Below are positions 41,836 through 51,353 of a stretch of 64,000 nucleotides of DNA, in pieces. The position numbers were made by a program, and so were the translations under genes. The stretch lies in the NCBI GenBank assembly GCA_963677895.2, contig CAXXGJ010000018.1:320001-384000 (forward strand). The letters run 5' to 3'. The stretch is from Treponemataceae bacterium. GTDB taxonomy: Bacteria > Spirochaetota > Spirochaetia > Treponematales > Rectinemataceae. The first letter of the stretch is position 1; every line of letters starts with the position of its first letter. The notes below the pieces were generated by a model, which had not been told where the DNA came from, did no database searches, and saw nothing but the letters and a program-made list of their open reading frames with translations.

Positions 41836-42081
41836 TACATATTTTAATTTAAAGTATAGAATTTAAATAATTGATTACAATTACATAAAATCATATGAAG
41901 ATGGTTTAATAATTGAAAAGTATTATTGTGTAATTGTAATCAATATTTTTTTAAGAGTATAAAGTGATTAACTAATTAAAAGTTGAGTAAAAAATAATTA
42001 AAATATATTTGAATAAAAGATACTAATAAAAAAATATATTAAATTGTTTTAAAATAATTTGTTAAATCTGAGGACGTAAAA

Positions 42082-43362
42082 ATGATAGATGATGAGACAT
42101 ATAATTGTTATGTTAACTTATTACGTGATGAATTAATTCCTGCACTGGGATGTACTGAACCAATTGCTATTGCATATGCTGCTGCAGTTGCTAGGAAATA
42201 TCTTGTGACAATGCCTGATATTGCTGAAATTCGATGTTCTGGTAACATTATAAAAAATGTAAAAGGAGTGAAAGTTCCTAATACTAATGGGGAAAAAGGT
42301 ATTGATATTGCTGCTCTTGCTGGTTTTATTGGAGGTAATCCATCAAAAGGACTTCAAGTACTAGACGAGCTTGATGATAAGCATCGTAGTGAGATTAATA
42401 GGCTTGCTAAAACAAAAATGTGTACAATAAAACATATTGAAGGTAAAGAAAATTTATTTATCAATATCGTTGCTTCTTCAGGATGCAATACAGTAGAAGT
42501 AAAGATAGAGGAATCTCATACAAATATTACATATATTTCGTATAATGGAAAAATCATTGTTGGTTCGGATTATGTTGTATTAAAAAGGCATAATAATAAT
42601 GCTACAATTATTAATAATATGAATATAAAAAAAATTCTAGAATTTGCAGATATTGTACTTATTAAAGATATTGAAAATATTATATTACCACAGATAGTAT
42701 TGAACAGTAATATTTCTGATGAAGGACTAAAAAATTCTTATGGTGTATCAGTTGGAAAAACTATCTTAAAATATCGTGGAAAGGACTTGCGAACTAGAGC
42801 TATCGCTAAAGCAGCAGCCGGGAGTGATGCCCGTATGAGCGGTAGCTCACTTCCAGTGGTAATTAATTCAGGGAGTGGTAATCAGGGAATGACTGTAAGC
42901 CTTCCTGTGATAGAATATGCAAAAGATATGAAAGTCAGTAAAGATAAACTATATAGAGCTCTCATCGTAAGTAATTTAGTTGCGATACATCAAAAAAAAT
43001 ATATTGGTAAGCTATCAGCATTTTGTGGAGCAGTATGTGCTGCTTGCGGAAGCGGAGCAGGTATCGCATATATTCATAATAAAAGTTATAAAATAATAAC
43101 AGATACTATTACTAATACAATCGCAAATATTGGTGGTATGGTATGTGATGGTGCAAAACCTTCTTGTGCAGCTAAAATAGCCTCTGCAGTAGAAGCATCA
43201 CTATTGGCATATGAATTAGCGACTGAAAATAAAGCTTTTGCTTCAGGAGAAGGAATTGTTGATAATGATGTTGAAGGCACTATAAAGAATATCGGAGAAA
43301 TTGCAAAAATAGGTATGCTAACTACTGATAAAGAAATATTAAGAATAATGATAAGTGGATAG
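42082..43362 (+). CDS. L-cysteine desulfidase / serine dehydratase alpha-like Fe-S protein (YhaM/CdsB-like)
   Basis: PALGCTEP, GSDARMSG, GSGNQG, LSAFCG, CDGAKPSCA. Confidence 0.88.
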   Translation: MIDDETYNCYVNLLRDELIPALGCTEPIAIAYAAAVARKYLVTMPDIAEIRCSGNIIKNVKGVKVPNTNGEKGIDIAALAGFIGGNPSKGLQVLDELDDKHRSEINRLAKTKMCTIKHIEGKENLFINIVASSGCNTVEVKIEESHTNITYISYNGKIIVGSDYVVLKRHNNNATIINNMNIKKILEFADIVLIKDIENIILPQIVLNSNISDEGLKNSYGVSVGKTILKYRGKDLRTRAIAKAAAGSDARMSGSSLPVVINSGSGNQGMTVSLPVIEYAKDMKVSKDKLYRALIVSNLVAIHQKKYIGKLSAFCGAVCAACGSGAGIAYIHNKSYKIITDTITNTIANIGGMVCDGAKPSCAAKIASAVEASLLAYELATENKAFASGEGIVDNDVEGTIKNIGEIAKIGMLTTDKEILRIMISG

Positions 43363-43596
43363 AATATTTTATTTGAATTAAAGGAACCGCATCGGATAAA
43401 TAATTAGGTTATAAAAGCTTAAAAGAGTATAATTAATATTCTTCTTGTGTTTCTCCTTCAAGATGACTGTTCCTTAACGCTCAGTGAAGAAATATTTGAT
43501 GAGTAAAATATATTTAATGAATAGTAAGCGTCCAATTCTGCCCATGAGGACAAGTTAAAAAAATCGAATATCCTTCCTGAAATGGAGGGATAAACA

Positions 43597-43941
43597 ATGT
43601 ACCTAAAAAAGGATCGGACCATTTACCTCGTCGCCGGGATTACCGATATGCGAAAACAAATCAATGGACTTTCGGCAATCGCGCAAGACAAGCAACCAGA
43701 AGAAGTCTTCTCAGGGTCGTACTTTGTATTTCTCGGGAAGACTAGAAAAGTCATGAAGATTCTTTACTGGGACAAAAGTGGTTTCTGCATGTGGATCAAA
43801 AGACTCGAAGAAGAAACCTTTCCTTGGACGCGAAAACAGAACGGTGTTATAGAAATAGAACGCGATAAATTCAAGCTTCTTATAAAGGGAATTGACATAT
43901 TCAGAGAGCATCGAAAGCTCGAATATTCCGCGGTAGCATAA
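43597..43941 (+). CDS. tnpB: IS66 accessory protein
   Basis: TDMRKQINGL, KILYWD..GF. Confidence 0.93.
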   Translation: MYLKKDRTIYLVAGITDMRKQINGLSAIAQDKQPEEVFSGSYFVFLGKTRKVMKILYWDKSGFCMWIKRLEEETFPWTRKQNGVIEIERDKFKLLIKGIDIFREHRKLEYSAVA

Positions 43942-43987
43942 GCGATTCAAGGCTGAAAATAGGGCATTTCATGCTATACTGCAGAGC

Positions 43988-45568
43988 ATGGTGAGCGTGT
44001 TAGAAAACCTTCCTGACGATGTGGCCAGTCTCAAGAAACTGGTCAGGGAAATGGCGGCCGAACATACGAAGGAAGTCCATGAACTGCAGAGCAGGCTCTC
44101 CCTTGAACAGGAAAAGTACGCCGCATTACAGCGCCTGATATTCGGACCAAAGAGCGAGAAACACCAAAAAGAGAATCCTAAACAGGATCTGCTGTTCAAC
44201 GAAGCCGAAACGTTCTTCAATATCCCCGATCGAAAACCAGCCACGATAATGGTTGGCGCTCATGAGCGGAAGAAATCGGGAAGGAAACATTTTCCGGATA
44301 CGCTCGAACACAATGAAATCGTGCATGAAATGAGCAGAGAACAACGCACTTGCCCGTCCTGTGGTTCTTTACGGCCAGAAATCGGTGAAGAGCGTACGGA
44401 AGAATTAAGGCTTATTCCCGCCAAGGCAGTGGTTGACGTTCATGTCATGAAGAAATACGGACCTTGCCCCTGCAAAGAATGCAAGGGTACCGAAAAGACT
44501 CCGATTATTCAGGCTCCAGGACCTGCAAAGATCGTCCCCGGTTCGAGATTCTCGAACGGAACGATCGCCTTCTTCCTGACGAGCAAATTTGTCGACGCCC
44601 AGCCCTTCTACCGGATGGAAGGAATCCTTTCCCGCTGGGGCATAGACACGGGACGTTCAACCTTGTGTTCCCTTGCCATGAACGCTGGCCGTGCGGTGGG
44701 CGATCTTGTCCAGGCGATCAGGGATGACATAAAAGTATCGCCGGTGATCGGGATGGATGAAACGCCATTACAGGTGCTGCACGAAAAGAATCGAAGCGCG
44801 ACGGCGAAGTCGTATATGTGGGTAGCGTCGGGATTCAAGGATACCAAGCGGCTTTTGTTTTTTCACTACCACCCGACGAGATCGGGCAATGTGGTAACTG
44901 AATTCTTAAAGGGCTATTCAGGCTATCTTCAAACGGACGGCTATTCAGGGTATTTGCCGATAGGCGAAGCTCCGGGAATCGTCCATGTGGGCTGCATGGC
45001 GCATATCCGACGGAAGTTCTACGACGCGGACAAGATCGCAGGCGGTTCAGGAGACGCTGCTGATATGCTCTCGATGATCGGAGCGTTCTACCATAACGAA
45101 GCGCTTCTACGACAACGGTATGAGAGCAAAGCGCTCGATGAAGCCGCATTCCTTTCAGAACGGAAACGACTGCAAGAGCCACAGCTTACGGCGATCCATG
45201 AGTGGCTCACCTCACGAAGCCTAAGCGTGGCGCCTTCGAGCAGTCTGGGTAAAGCGATTTCTTATGCACTGGGGCAATGGGAACGCGCGATTCGCTATCT
45301 TGATCATGTGCTTTTGACACCTGACAACAATGCCGTCGAGAACGCGATCCGGCCCTTTGTCCTAGGTAGAAAGAATTGGCTTTTTTCAAACACGCCGTCA
45401 GGAGCTCATACGAGCGCGGGACTTTACAGCCTGATAGAAACGGCAAAGGCCAATGGGCATGAGCCGTATAAATATCTTTGTTACCTATTCGACATGCTTC
45501 CGAGAGCCACGACGCTTGATGAAAAGCTTGCGCTCCTTCCGTACCGGCTTGATCCTATGGCCTACTAA
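43988..45568 (+). CDS. tnpC: IS66 DDE transposase
   Basis: FGPKSEK, CPSCG, DETP, LQTDGY, CMAHIRRKF, DNNAVENAIRP. Confidence 0.95.
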   Translation: MVSVLENLPDDVASLKKLVREMAAEHTKEVHELQSRLSLEQEKYAALQRLIFGPKSEKHQKENPKQDLLFNEAETFFNIPDRKPATIMVGAHERKKSGRKHFPDTLEHNEIVHEMSREQRTCPSCGSLRPEIGEERTEELRLIPAKAVVDVHVMKKYGPCPCKECKGTEKTPIIQAPGPAKIVPGSRFSNGTIAFFLTSKFVDAQPFYRMEGILSRWGIDTGRSTLCSLAMNAGRAVGDLVQAIRDDIKVSPVIGMDETPLQVLHEKNRSATAKSYMWVASGFKDTKRLLFFHYHPTRSGNVVTEFLKGYSGYLQTDGYSGYLPIGEAPGIVHVGCMAHIRRKFYDADKIAGGSGDAADMLSMIGAFYHNEALLRQRYESKALDEAAFLSERKRLQEPQLTAIHEWLTSRSLSVAPSSSLGKAISYALGQWERAIRYLDHVLLTPDNNAVENAIRPFVLGRKNWLFSNTPSGAHTSAGLYSLIETAKANGHEPYKYLCYLFDMLPRATTLDEKLALLPYRLDPMAY

Positions 45569-45638
45569 GCTCCCGTCAAGACGGGGAGAATTGGACGCTT
45601 ACAATGAATATGAAAATTATCACAGGTTCTAAAATTGA

Positions 45639-45740
45639 GAGCCTGTAAATATTTTTGTGTAAACGGCTCGATTCATAACGGCACCCTGTTGCCATAGAGA
45701 ATTATGCTGGGCCCTCAGATCAAGACCAAAAACAGCTAAC
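45639..45740 (-). mobile_element. IS256-family right-end remnant
   Basis: minus strand ...IILYGNRVPL* followed by TTTACACAAAAATATTTACAGGCTC. Confidence 0.55.
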
Positions 45741-45831
45741 GAATAAGGTGGGTGATCTGCCACCCGAAAACTGGACACTCATAATGTCAATAATCGCATT
45801 TTAATGCGATACTACAGGAAGGAGCGGTCCA

Positions 45832-46059
45832 ATGAAGAAATCGAGCTTCACCGATGAGCAAATTGCCTTTGCCCTGAAGCAAGCGGAAACCGGCACCCCC
45901 GTCGCTGATATCATCCGGAAGATGGAGATCAGCGAACAGACCTTCTACCGGTGGAAGAAGAAGTACGCAGGGCTGCTACCCAGTGAACTGAAACGTTTGC
46001 GGCAGCTCGAAGATGAAAACAAGCACATGCTGCAGGAGGTGCTGTCAAAAAAAGCCTGA
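45832..46059 (+). CDS. IS3 OrfA (apparently internally deleted)
   Basis: FTDEQI, ISEQTFYRWKKKY HTH; short leucine zipper. Confidence 0.85.
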   Translation: MKKSSFTDEQIAFALKQAETGTPVADIIRKMEISEQTFYRWKKKYAGLLPSELKRLRQLEDENKHMLQEVLSKKA

Positions 46060-46079
46060 CGCTTGCCCGGAAGCATGAG

Positions 46080-46895
46080 TTGGTCGACAACCTTGTTGCC
46101 ACCTACCGGGTAAGCATCAGGACCGCCTGTAAGGTCCTATTGCTCAACCGTGCAACCTATTACTACAAGCCCCATCCTGATGATCAGGAAGTCTTGCGGA
46201 TGAAGATTCGCGATTACGCTACGACGCGGGTGAAGTATGGCTATCGAAGGATCCATGTACTTCTGCAACGCGAAGGCTTGAAGATAAACAGAAAGCGCGT
46301 CTACCGTCTTTACTGTCTAGAAAACCTCAACATGCGGCTCAAATCACGAAGAAAGCAGGTGGCGAGGCCTCGAATAGAACTGGTAAAAGAGAGTCGAGCT
46401 AACGAGGTATGGGCAATGGATTTCGTCTCAGACCAGCTTTTCAATGGAAAGTGGTTCAGGACTTTGACGGTCGTTGATGTTTTCACCCGGGAATGCCTTT
46501 GTACTCATATAGGCCAATCGATGAAGGGCACGGATGTGGTCCAGGCGTTGGAACGATTGTGTATTCATCGGCAAAAACCATCCGCAATTCGAGTCGACAA
46601 TGGGCCTGAATTCGTTTCGAAGGAACTTGATCTTTGGGCTTACCAGAAAGGCATTGGGCTTGTGTTTTCCCGCCCTGGTAAACCTACAGACAACGCGTAC
46701 ATCGAATCTTTCAACGGGAGTTTCAGGGAAGAATGCCTTCAGACACACTGGTTTTTGTCCCTGGAAGATGCAAGAATCAAGATCGATACATGGCAGAAAG
46801 ACTACAATGAATTCCGGCCGCATAGTTCTCTGGGATACAAAACTCCGTCCGAGTTTGCATCTTGTGTTGATGGTCCAATTAGCCTGTTAGGCTGA
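46080..46895 (+). CDS. IS3 OrfB integrase-core transposase
   Basis: YGYRRI, WAMDF, DNGPEF, PGKPTDNAYIESFNG. Confidence 0.92.
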   Translation: MVDNLVATYRVSIRTACKVLLLNRATYYYKPHPDDQEVLRMKIRDYATTRVKYGYRRIHVLLQREGLKINRKRVYRLYCLENLNMRLKSRRKQVARPRIELVKESRANEVWAMDFVSDQLFNGKWFRTLTVVDVFTRECLCTHIGQSMKGTDVVQALERLCIHRQKPSAIRVDNGPEFVSKELDLWAYQKGIGLVFSRPGKPTDNAYIESFNGSFREECLQTHWFLSLEDARIKIDTWQKDYNEFRPHSSLGYKTPSEFASCVDGPISLLG

Positions 46896-46948
46896 TTTTC
46901 TAACTTGAAAAGTGTCCAGAAACTGGGGGACCTTCAATTCCACCTTAT

Positions 46949-47119
46949 TCAGTTTCTGTAGTGGTCCTGCTCGATGGGCTCAGCATAAATCTCGGACGAA
47001 AGGGCAAACAATCTGCCCATGTAGTCTGCCACATTCGCGGCTGGCAGCGATGTAAAAGCTTTTACAGGTTCCGGAGAAGGTAAATCGCGTTTCAGGAAGA
47101 CTCTAAATCCAACAGACAT
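46949..47119 (-). pseudogene. truncated RraA-family gene (N-terminus only)
   Basis: MSVGFRVFLKRDLP...AANVADYMGRL with AAGGAG RBS; ends next to the IS3 end. Confidence 0.6.
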
Positions 47120-47262
47120 ATAAGCTCCTTTGCGTCCTTTTTGAGCTTTATCAAAAATTGAATACCTGTGGGCTTTTTCAACAAAAAAACAAGTATCATC
47201 GTATATCACTGTGATCATCTTTAATTTTTCTAGGGTTTTTTCTCATCTTCATAGCGATACCT

Positions 47263-48321
47263 TCAGGCGCTAGTTTCGAAAAATGCTAAGCAAGGATTGC
47301 CAATAGCTGTCCAAAGTTGATTGTCTTCTACAATGATTATACTTGAATAGACAGTAAGACTGCCCTTTCCATCTTCATGCCTACAAATAGAGTTACATGG
47401 TCCATTTTCATGATCAGAAGCAATCTGTAGCATATCTTGAAAACGTAATGATCCACGTTTTAGTTGAAGCATCTCCATAGCTCTATCAAAGCGCGAATAG
47501 GTTGATGGATAATCCTTGTGGCTAGGGTTATATTTTTGTAGATCTGGGGAGTGGAAATGGTTGGTCCGGACCAATAAGCCATTTTCTTGTTCAATAATGC
47601 AGCATTGATTTTCTGTGGTTTCCACAACAACTGCCTTTTGATTATCAACTAATAATAAATTGGATCTTGTTACTTTATAAGGATTCTTGTCCCTAAGATA
47701 TGCTAAAGCATCATCTACATTCTTACAAATACGGAGCAGTGTATGAGGAGTAAAAGTAAATGCAAGATGTCCAATCAATTCTAAATCTAAGGGAATCCGT
47801 GTTGGACCAACTCCGGTTGTAGTTAGTGCAAATCCGTGATTATTTATACCGCTTCCTGGGAATGTGATACTTCCTGCCATATCTACTTCGGTAATCCTTG
47901 TTCCGTCGCTGAATTCTCGACTAAGTACTACATGAAGGACACGGTCATGCATATCACGGTTTTTTATAATATAGGTCTTTTTATCCAAGGTTGCAGAGCT
48001 ACTTGCAACTATTGCACTACACTCTTCAGAAGCCCTCATGCGCTCAGTAAAAGAGGAAAAATTGGCATTAAGTAACTTTATATCATATAAAGGGAGCTCG
48101 GAACCTTCAGCAATGCCGTTAATCTCTTCCTCAATTTCAGGGTTGTTTGAGAATACATTAGAAAAGAATTGATCAATCACTGAGTTATAGATAGCGAAAT
48201 CAACTCTTTTAGTTTTTAAAGAAGATTTTATAATTTCAATGTTCGTTTCGATCTGTTCTTTTGCTGACCGCCCATGAATCAATCCTTGCTCATAATAGGA
48301 ACCCAATAACTTGATTTCCAT
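47263..48321 (-). CDS. peptidase C45 / acyl-CoA:6-APA acyltransferase-like Ntn hydrolase
   Basis: EEINGIAEG, E-CSAI nucleophile site, KNRD, GINNHG, RTNHF. Confidence 0.85.
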   Translation of the reverse strand: MEIKLLGSYYEQGLIHGRSAKEQIETNIEIIKSSLKTKRVDFAIYNSVIDQFFSNVFSNNPEIEEEINGIAEGSELPLYDIKLLNANFSSFTERMRASEECSAIVASSSATLDKKTYIIKNRDMHDRVLHVVLSREFSDGTRITEVDMAGSITFPGSGINNHGFALTTTGVGPTRIPLDLELIGHLAFTFTPHTLLRICKNVDDALAYLRDKNPYKVTRSNLLLVDNQKAVVVETTENQCCIIEQENGLLVRTNHFHSPDLQKYNPSHKDYPSTYSRFDRAMEMLQLKRGSLRFQDMLQIASDHENGPCNSICRHEDGKGSLTVYSSIIIVEDNQLWTAIGNPCLAFFETSA

Positions 48322-48841
48322 ATACTTCGCACCCTCCCAAGTAACTGATGTTCAGCTTTAAAATGTCGGATAAACAAATAATACAATTTACTAATAGTAC
48401 ATGTTCTCTACATTGTCAATGGTAATAACGAGACTTGGACTATTTGGGTTACATTCTCTCAGTTCAGCAGGATTTATTGAATATTAATGGGTGAAATAGT
48501 ACAGTCTATTTTAAATCAAAATTATCATGTCTCTAATAATACTTAATAATTTATTAAAATAGATGCAGTATGATGTCTATTCTAACACTTAGTCTATTTA
48601 ATTGTTTACTTCATAAGTTGCCTTACTACTCATTATTAACAATGCTGTTTAAAATTGTTGCATTTTCATATCGACCTGTAACTTAATTTGATTTCTCGAT
48701 TTCAATCTAAAACCTTGTATTAAGGAAAGCTATTGTTATTATTATTGATGAACTGGGGTTGACGAGTAACAATCTTTTGATATAATCAATTGTAGAGGAT
48801 AGTGTCAATAATAATCTTAAGAGAAACGATCTTGAAGGCAT

Positions 48842-49702
48842 ATGATGAAAATTGAAGAAAGAATAAAAAACGCACGTTTGACGAAAAAAGCAAAGATAAT
48901 AACACAATTCCTGCTTGATCACCCTTCAGAAGCAGCGTTTATGTCAGCTACTAGTATAGCAAAAAAACTCAATGTCAGCGATGTTATGGTGATTCGCTTG
49001 GCTCGTACACTCGGTTACGATGGCTATTACTCTATGCAAAAGGATCTGCAACAGAAAATGATTGCAGAAATGGAGACAGCTCGAAAAAGGAAACCTTCAC
49101 TTTCAGAAAAAATTATCCATATTGGTAAAGAGCAGGACCAGAGTATCTCCGATATGACTTTGAGCAAAACATGGGAAAATTTGCAGGAGACTGTGTGGAA
49201 AAATCCTGATAGTAAATATGTTGATGCTGCAAAGATCCTGAGAAGCAGCCGTAAAAAATATATTGTTGGCTTTCGAGCAAGCGCTGCGATGGCGTTATAC
49301 CTTAGTATAAAGATGAGGTTCGTCTCTGATGATGTCATTACCCTAATGAATGCTGATCCAAATGAAGTGGATCAATTGTATAGTATGCAAGAGGAAGATT
49401 GCCTTGTTGTTTTTTCAATGGGACGATATCCGAGGATGTCGCTTTTTGCCATTGAGATTGCAAAAAAGCGCCGTGCTAAAATTATTGTCATTACCGAAAA
49501 AGAAACATCGCCTGCTGCTTTTGGAGTCGATATCGTTTTTATTGCTAAAAGCGATGGACTTAGCTTTAGCGCGTATGCGGGGCCATTGATTACGTGCGAA
49601 ATCTTAGTCACACATTTAGCAAAAGAAACTTGGCCTCTTCGTGAACTTAGGATTGCAGAGATAGATGAGGAGTATAGTCAGATGAATTTCTTTTTGACAT
49701 AA
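48842..49702 (+). CDS. MurR/RpiR-family regulator (HTH+SIS)
   Basis: VIRLARTLGYDGY, VGFRAS, IIVITE..TSP. Confidence 0.9.
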   Translation: MMKIEERIKNARLTKKAKIITQFLLDHPSEAAFMSATSIAKKLNVSDVMVIRLARTLGYDGYYSMQKDLQQKMIAEMETARKRKPSLSEKIIHIGKEQDQSISDMTLSKTWENLQETVWKNPDSKYVDAAKILRSSRKKYIVGFRASAAMALYLSIKMRFVSDDVITLMNADPNEVDQLYSMQEEDCLVVFSMGRYPRMSLFAIEIAKKRRAKIIVITEKETSPAAFGVDIVFIAKSDGLSFSAYAGPLITCEILVTHLAKETWPLRELRIAEIDEEYSQMNFFLT

Positions 49703-49806
49703 GCATTTATATTAACTATTTTAACAAGGTCTTTTTATTCGATCCCTATTAATATTCTAAGTAAAACTGTTCATAAATTATTACTAAGCTATTTTCTTTT
49801 CAGACA

Positions 49807-50298
49807 TTAAAACACTTTTGCCATAACTACACCAGAAATCATTATCAAGACAATACCTAATCCTAGCTCGAACACTAATCCCGATACTCTCGCTCTAAGG
49901 ATTTTTGCTTCTACTTCTTCTTTGTAACTCCTCCACGATGCCTCCGAGGTTCTCAAGGCCGTCACCAGCTCCAGCTGCATTTTCTCCGATTCGGCCGATT
50001 CTATCTTCGATTTTTCGAGCGCTGTCTGCAGGGATTCCAAGTCCTTCAAGAGCGCTTCTTTCTCGCTCCTCAATGCTTTCAACTGCGCCGATAGCTCCCT
50101 CGATTCCCTCAACGCTTCGCTGGCCTCCTTCTTCAAGTCCTCGTTCAATATCTTTAATTTCTCGATCACTGAGGCCGCTTCCTGGAGGAGTGCCTGATCG
50201 TCCAAGGCTTCCCACTTTGAATCCGATGACTGCGCCCCCAATGCCCATAAGCAGAAGAGCAGCAGCAATAAAAAAGAACTTAGTCTTCTTTTCCACAT
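49807..50298 (-). CDS. coiled-coil protein with N-terminal signal and C-terminal TM (spanin-like)
   Basis: MWKRRLSSFLLLLLFC..., heptad-rich middle, hydrophobic C-terminus; last gene of lysis module. Confidence 0.65.
   Translation of the reverse strand: MWKRRLSSFLLLLLFCLWALGAQSSDSKWEALDDQALLQEAASVIEKLKILNEDLKKEASEALRESRELSAQLKALRSEKEALLKDLESLQTALEKSKIESAESEKMQLELVTALRTSEASWRSYKEEVEAKILRARVSGLVFELGLGIVLIMISGVVMAKVF
49895..50296 (-). CDS. embedded ORF with N-terminal TM and amphipathic helices (spanin-like partner)
   Basis: MEKKTKFFFIAAALLLMGIGGAVIGF; fully nested in another frame. Confidence 0.55.
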   Translation of the reverse strand: MEKKTKFFFIAAALLLMGIGGAVIGFKVGSLGRSGTPPGSGLSDREIKDIERGLEEGGQRSVEGIEGAIGAVESIEERERSALEGLGIPADSARKIEDRIGRIGENAAGAGDGLENLGGIVEELQRRSRSKNP

Positions 50299-50483
50299 TC
50301 CTTTCCCTTCAACGAGGCCACAAGACCCTTTATCGATTCGAGCGTCGTATATCCCGCCAGTACGAGCACGCCGAGCATGGCCGCAATCCCTGCCCATACA
50401 CCGGTCATCTCACCGTTCAGTGCCGCCGACCCCAAGCAACCCACCGAGCAGAGTGAGTAGAGGAGGGCGAGCCCTCTCCTCAT
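50280..50483 (-). CDS. small two-TM protein, holin candidate
   Basis: 67 aa, two hydrophobic segments, charged C-terminus, GGAG RBS. Confidence 0.55.
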   Translation of the reverse strand: MRRGLALLYSLCSVGCLGSAALNGEMTGVWAGIAAMLGVLVLAGYTTLESIKGLVASLKGKECGKED

Positions 50484-50524
50484 AGACCACGCTCCATCCT
50501 ATTCCTGCAGGAAGCCAGATTTCT

Positions 50525-50962
50525 TCATGCTGCCCGCCTGAAAACACGCAAGGATTCGATCTTCCCGTTCTTAACCGTTCTCGAGTTTTTTATGGGATCC
50601 CATTTCACAAGCCTGAAGTGCTGGTGCTTTATCGCCTTATCCCTACAGCATTCTATCCATTCCCAGCCCTCGACTACTCTTTCCCCAGGCTTTGCCCTGT
50701 AGTCGGCATTCTCTTTGTCGCTCCTCCATCCTCGTTCACCGGTTACCAGTTTCATTAGCCCATCCCGGTCGGCCACATAACAATTGTCGGGGTTGTCCCT
50801 GTTCTCCTCGTCGTACTCGATGAAGCCCCGCCTTATCCCTTCCAGGATCAGGTTTACCGCCTCACCCTCCGTCAGCCCGGGCTTCCCCAGTTCGCAGATG
50901 CACAGTGCCAGGCAGGCTCCTTCCCCCAATTCGGCAAGGAAGGTCTGTATGCCTTCCCTCAT
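50525..50962 (-). CDS. DUF261-like protein, candidate endolysin
   Basis: GACLALC...CYV...HF...WDP..SRTVKNG...S.RVF pattern; between membrane genes. Confidence 0.6.
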   Translation of the reverse strand: MREGIQTFLAELGEGACLALCICELGKPGLTEGEAVNLILEGIRRGFIEYDEENRDNPDNCYVADRDGLMKLVTGERGWRSDKENADYRAKPGERVVEGWEWIECCRDKAIKHQHFRLVKWDPIKNSRTVKNGKIESLRVFRRAA

Positions 50963-51333
50963 GGCCGATCCCCAGAGCCCCTTGCTCCCTTAGCCTTGCC
51001 TTCTCCCTTTTCTTGCCCCGCCAGGCTTTCGAGAAGATACTCGTCAAACTCCTTCTTGGCCCCCTCCATCAACTCGATAGCCTTGTCCACATTACCGTTG
51101 CACTCGCCATCGCGCTGTGCTTCGAGCGTTGCCTTCAGGCTCACTATCTGCGGTCCCTGCAACCTGAAAAGGATCGTCACGTTCGATCGCATACAGATGA
51201 GTTCAGAGAGGATCTTTTCCATGCTTCGCTTGGAGTTGAAGAGCCATTTCAGGTTTAGCCAGATCGCCCCGATCATCGCCGCGGCGCCAATCCCGGCCGC
51301 CGCATCCATCAACTTGTCCAGCATCGGGTTCAT
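50959..51333 (-). CDS. single-TM phage membrane protein (holin/antiholin candidate)
   Basis: N-terminal TM; ALEAQ..GECNGNV..A-type C-terminal motif; coupled to next gene. Confidence 0.55.
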   Translation of the reverse strand: MNPMLDKLMDAAAGIGAAAMIGAIWLNLKWLFNSKRSMEKILSELICMRSNVTILFRLQGPQIVSLKATLEAQRDGECNGNVDKAIELMEGAKKEFDEYLLESLAGQEKGEGKAKGARGSGDRP

Positions 51334-51353
51334 TCCCGCCTGCCTTATTTGTA

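Larger units (their letters stand above)
43524..45602 (+). mobile_element. IS66-family element, complete copy
   Basis: TIRs GTAAGCGTCCAATTCT / AGAATTGGACGCTTAC; 8-bp TSD AATGAATA on both sides. Confidence 0.95.
45753..46936 (+). mobile_element. IS3-family (IS407-group-like) element
   Basis: TG...CA ends sharing CTGGACACT; orfA/orfB with AAAAAAAG slippery site. Confidence 0.9.
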
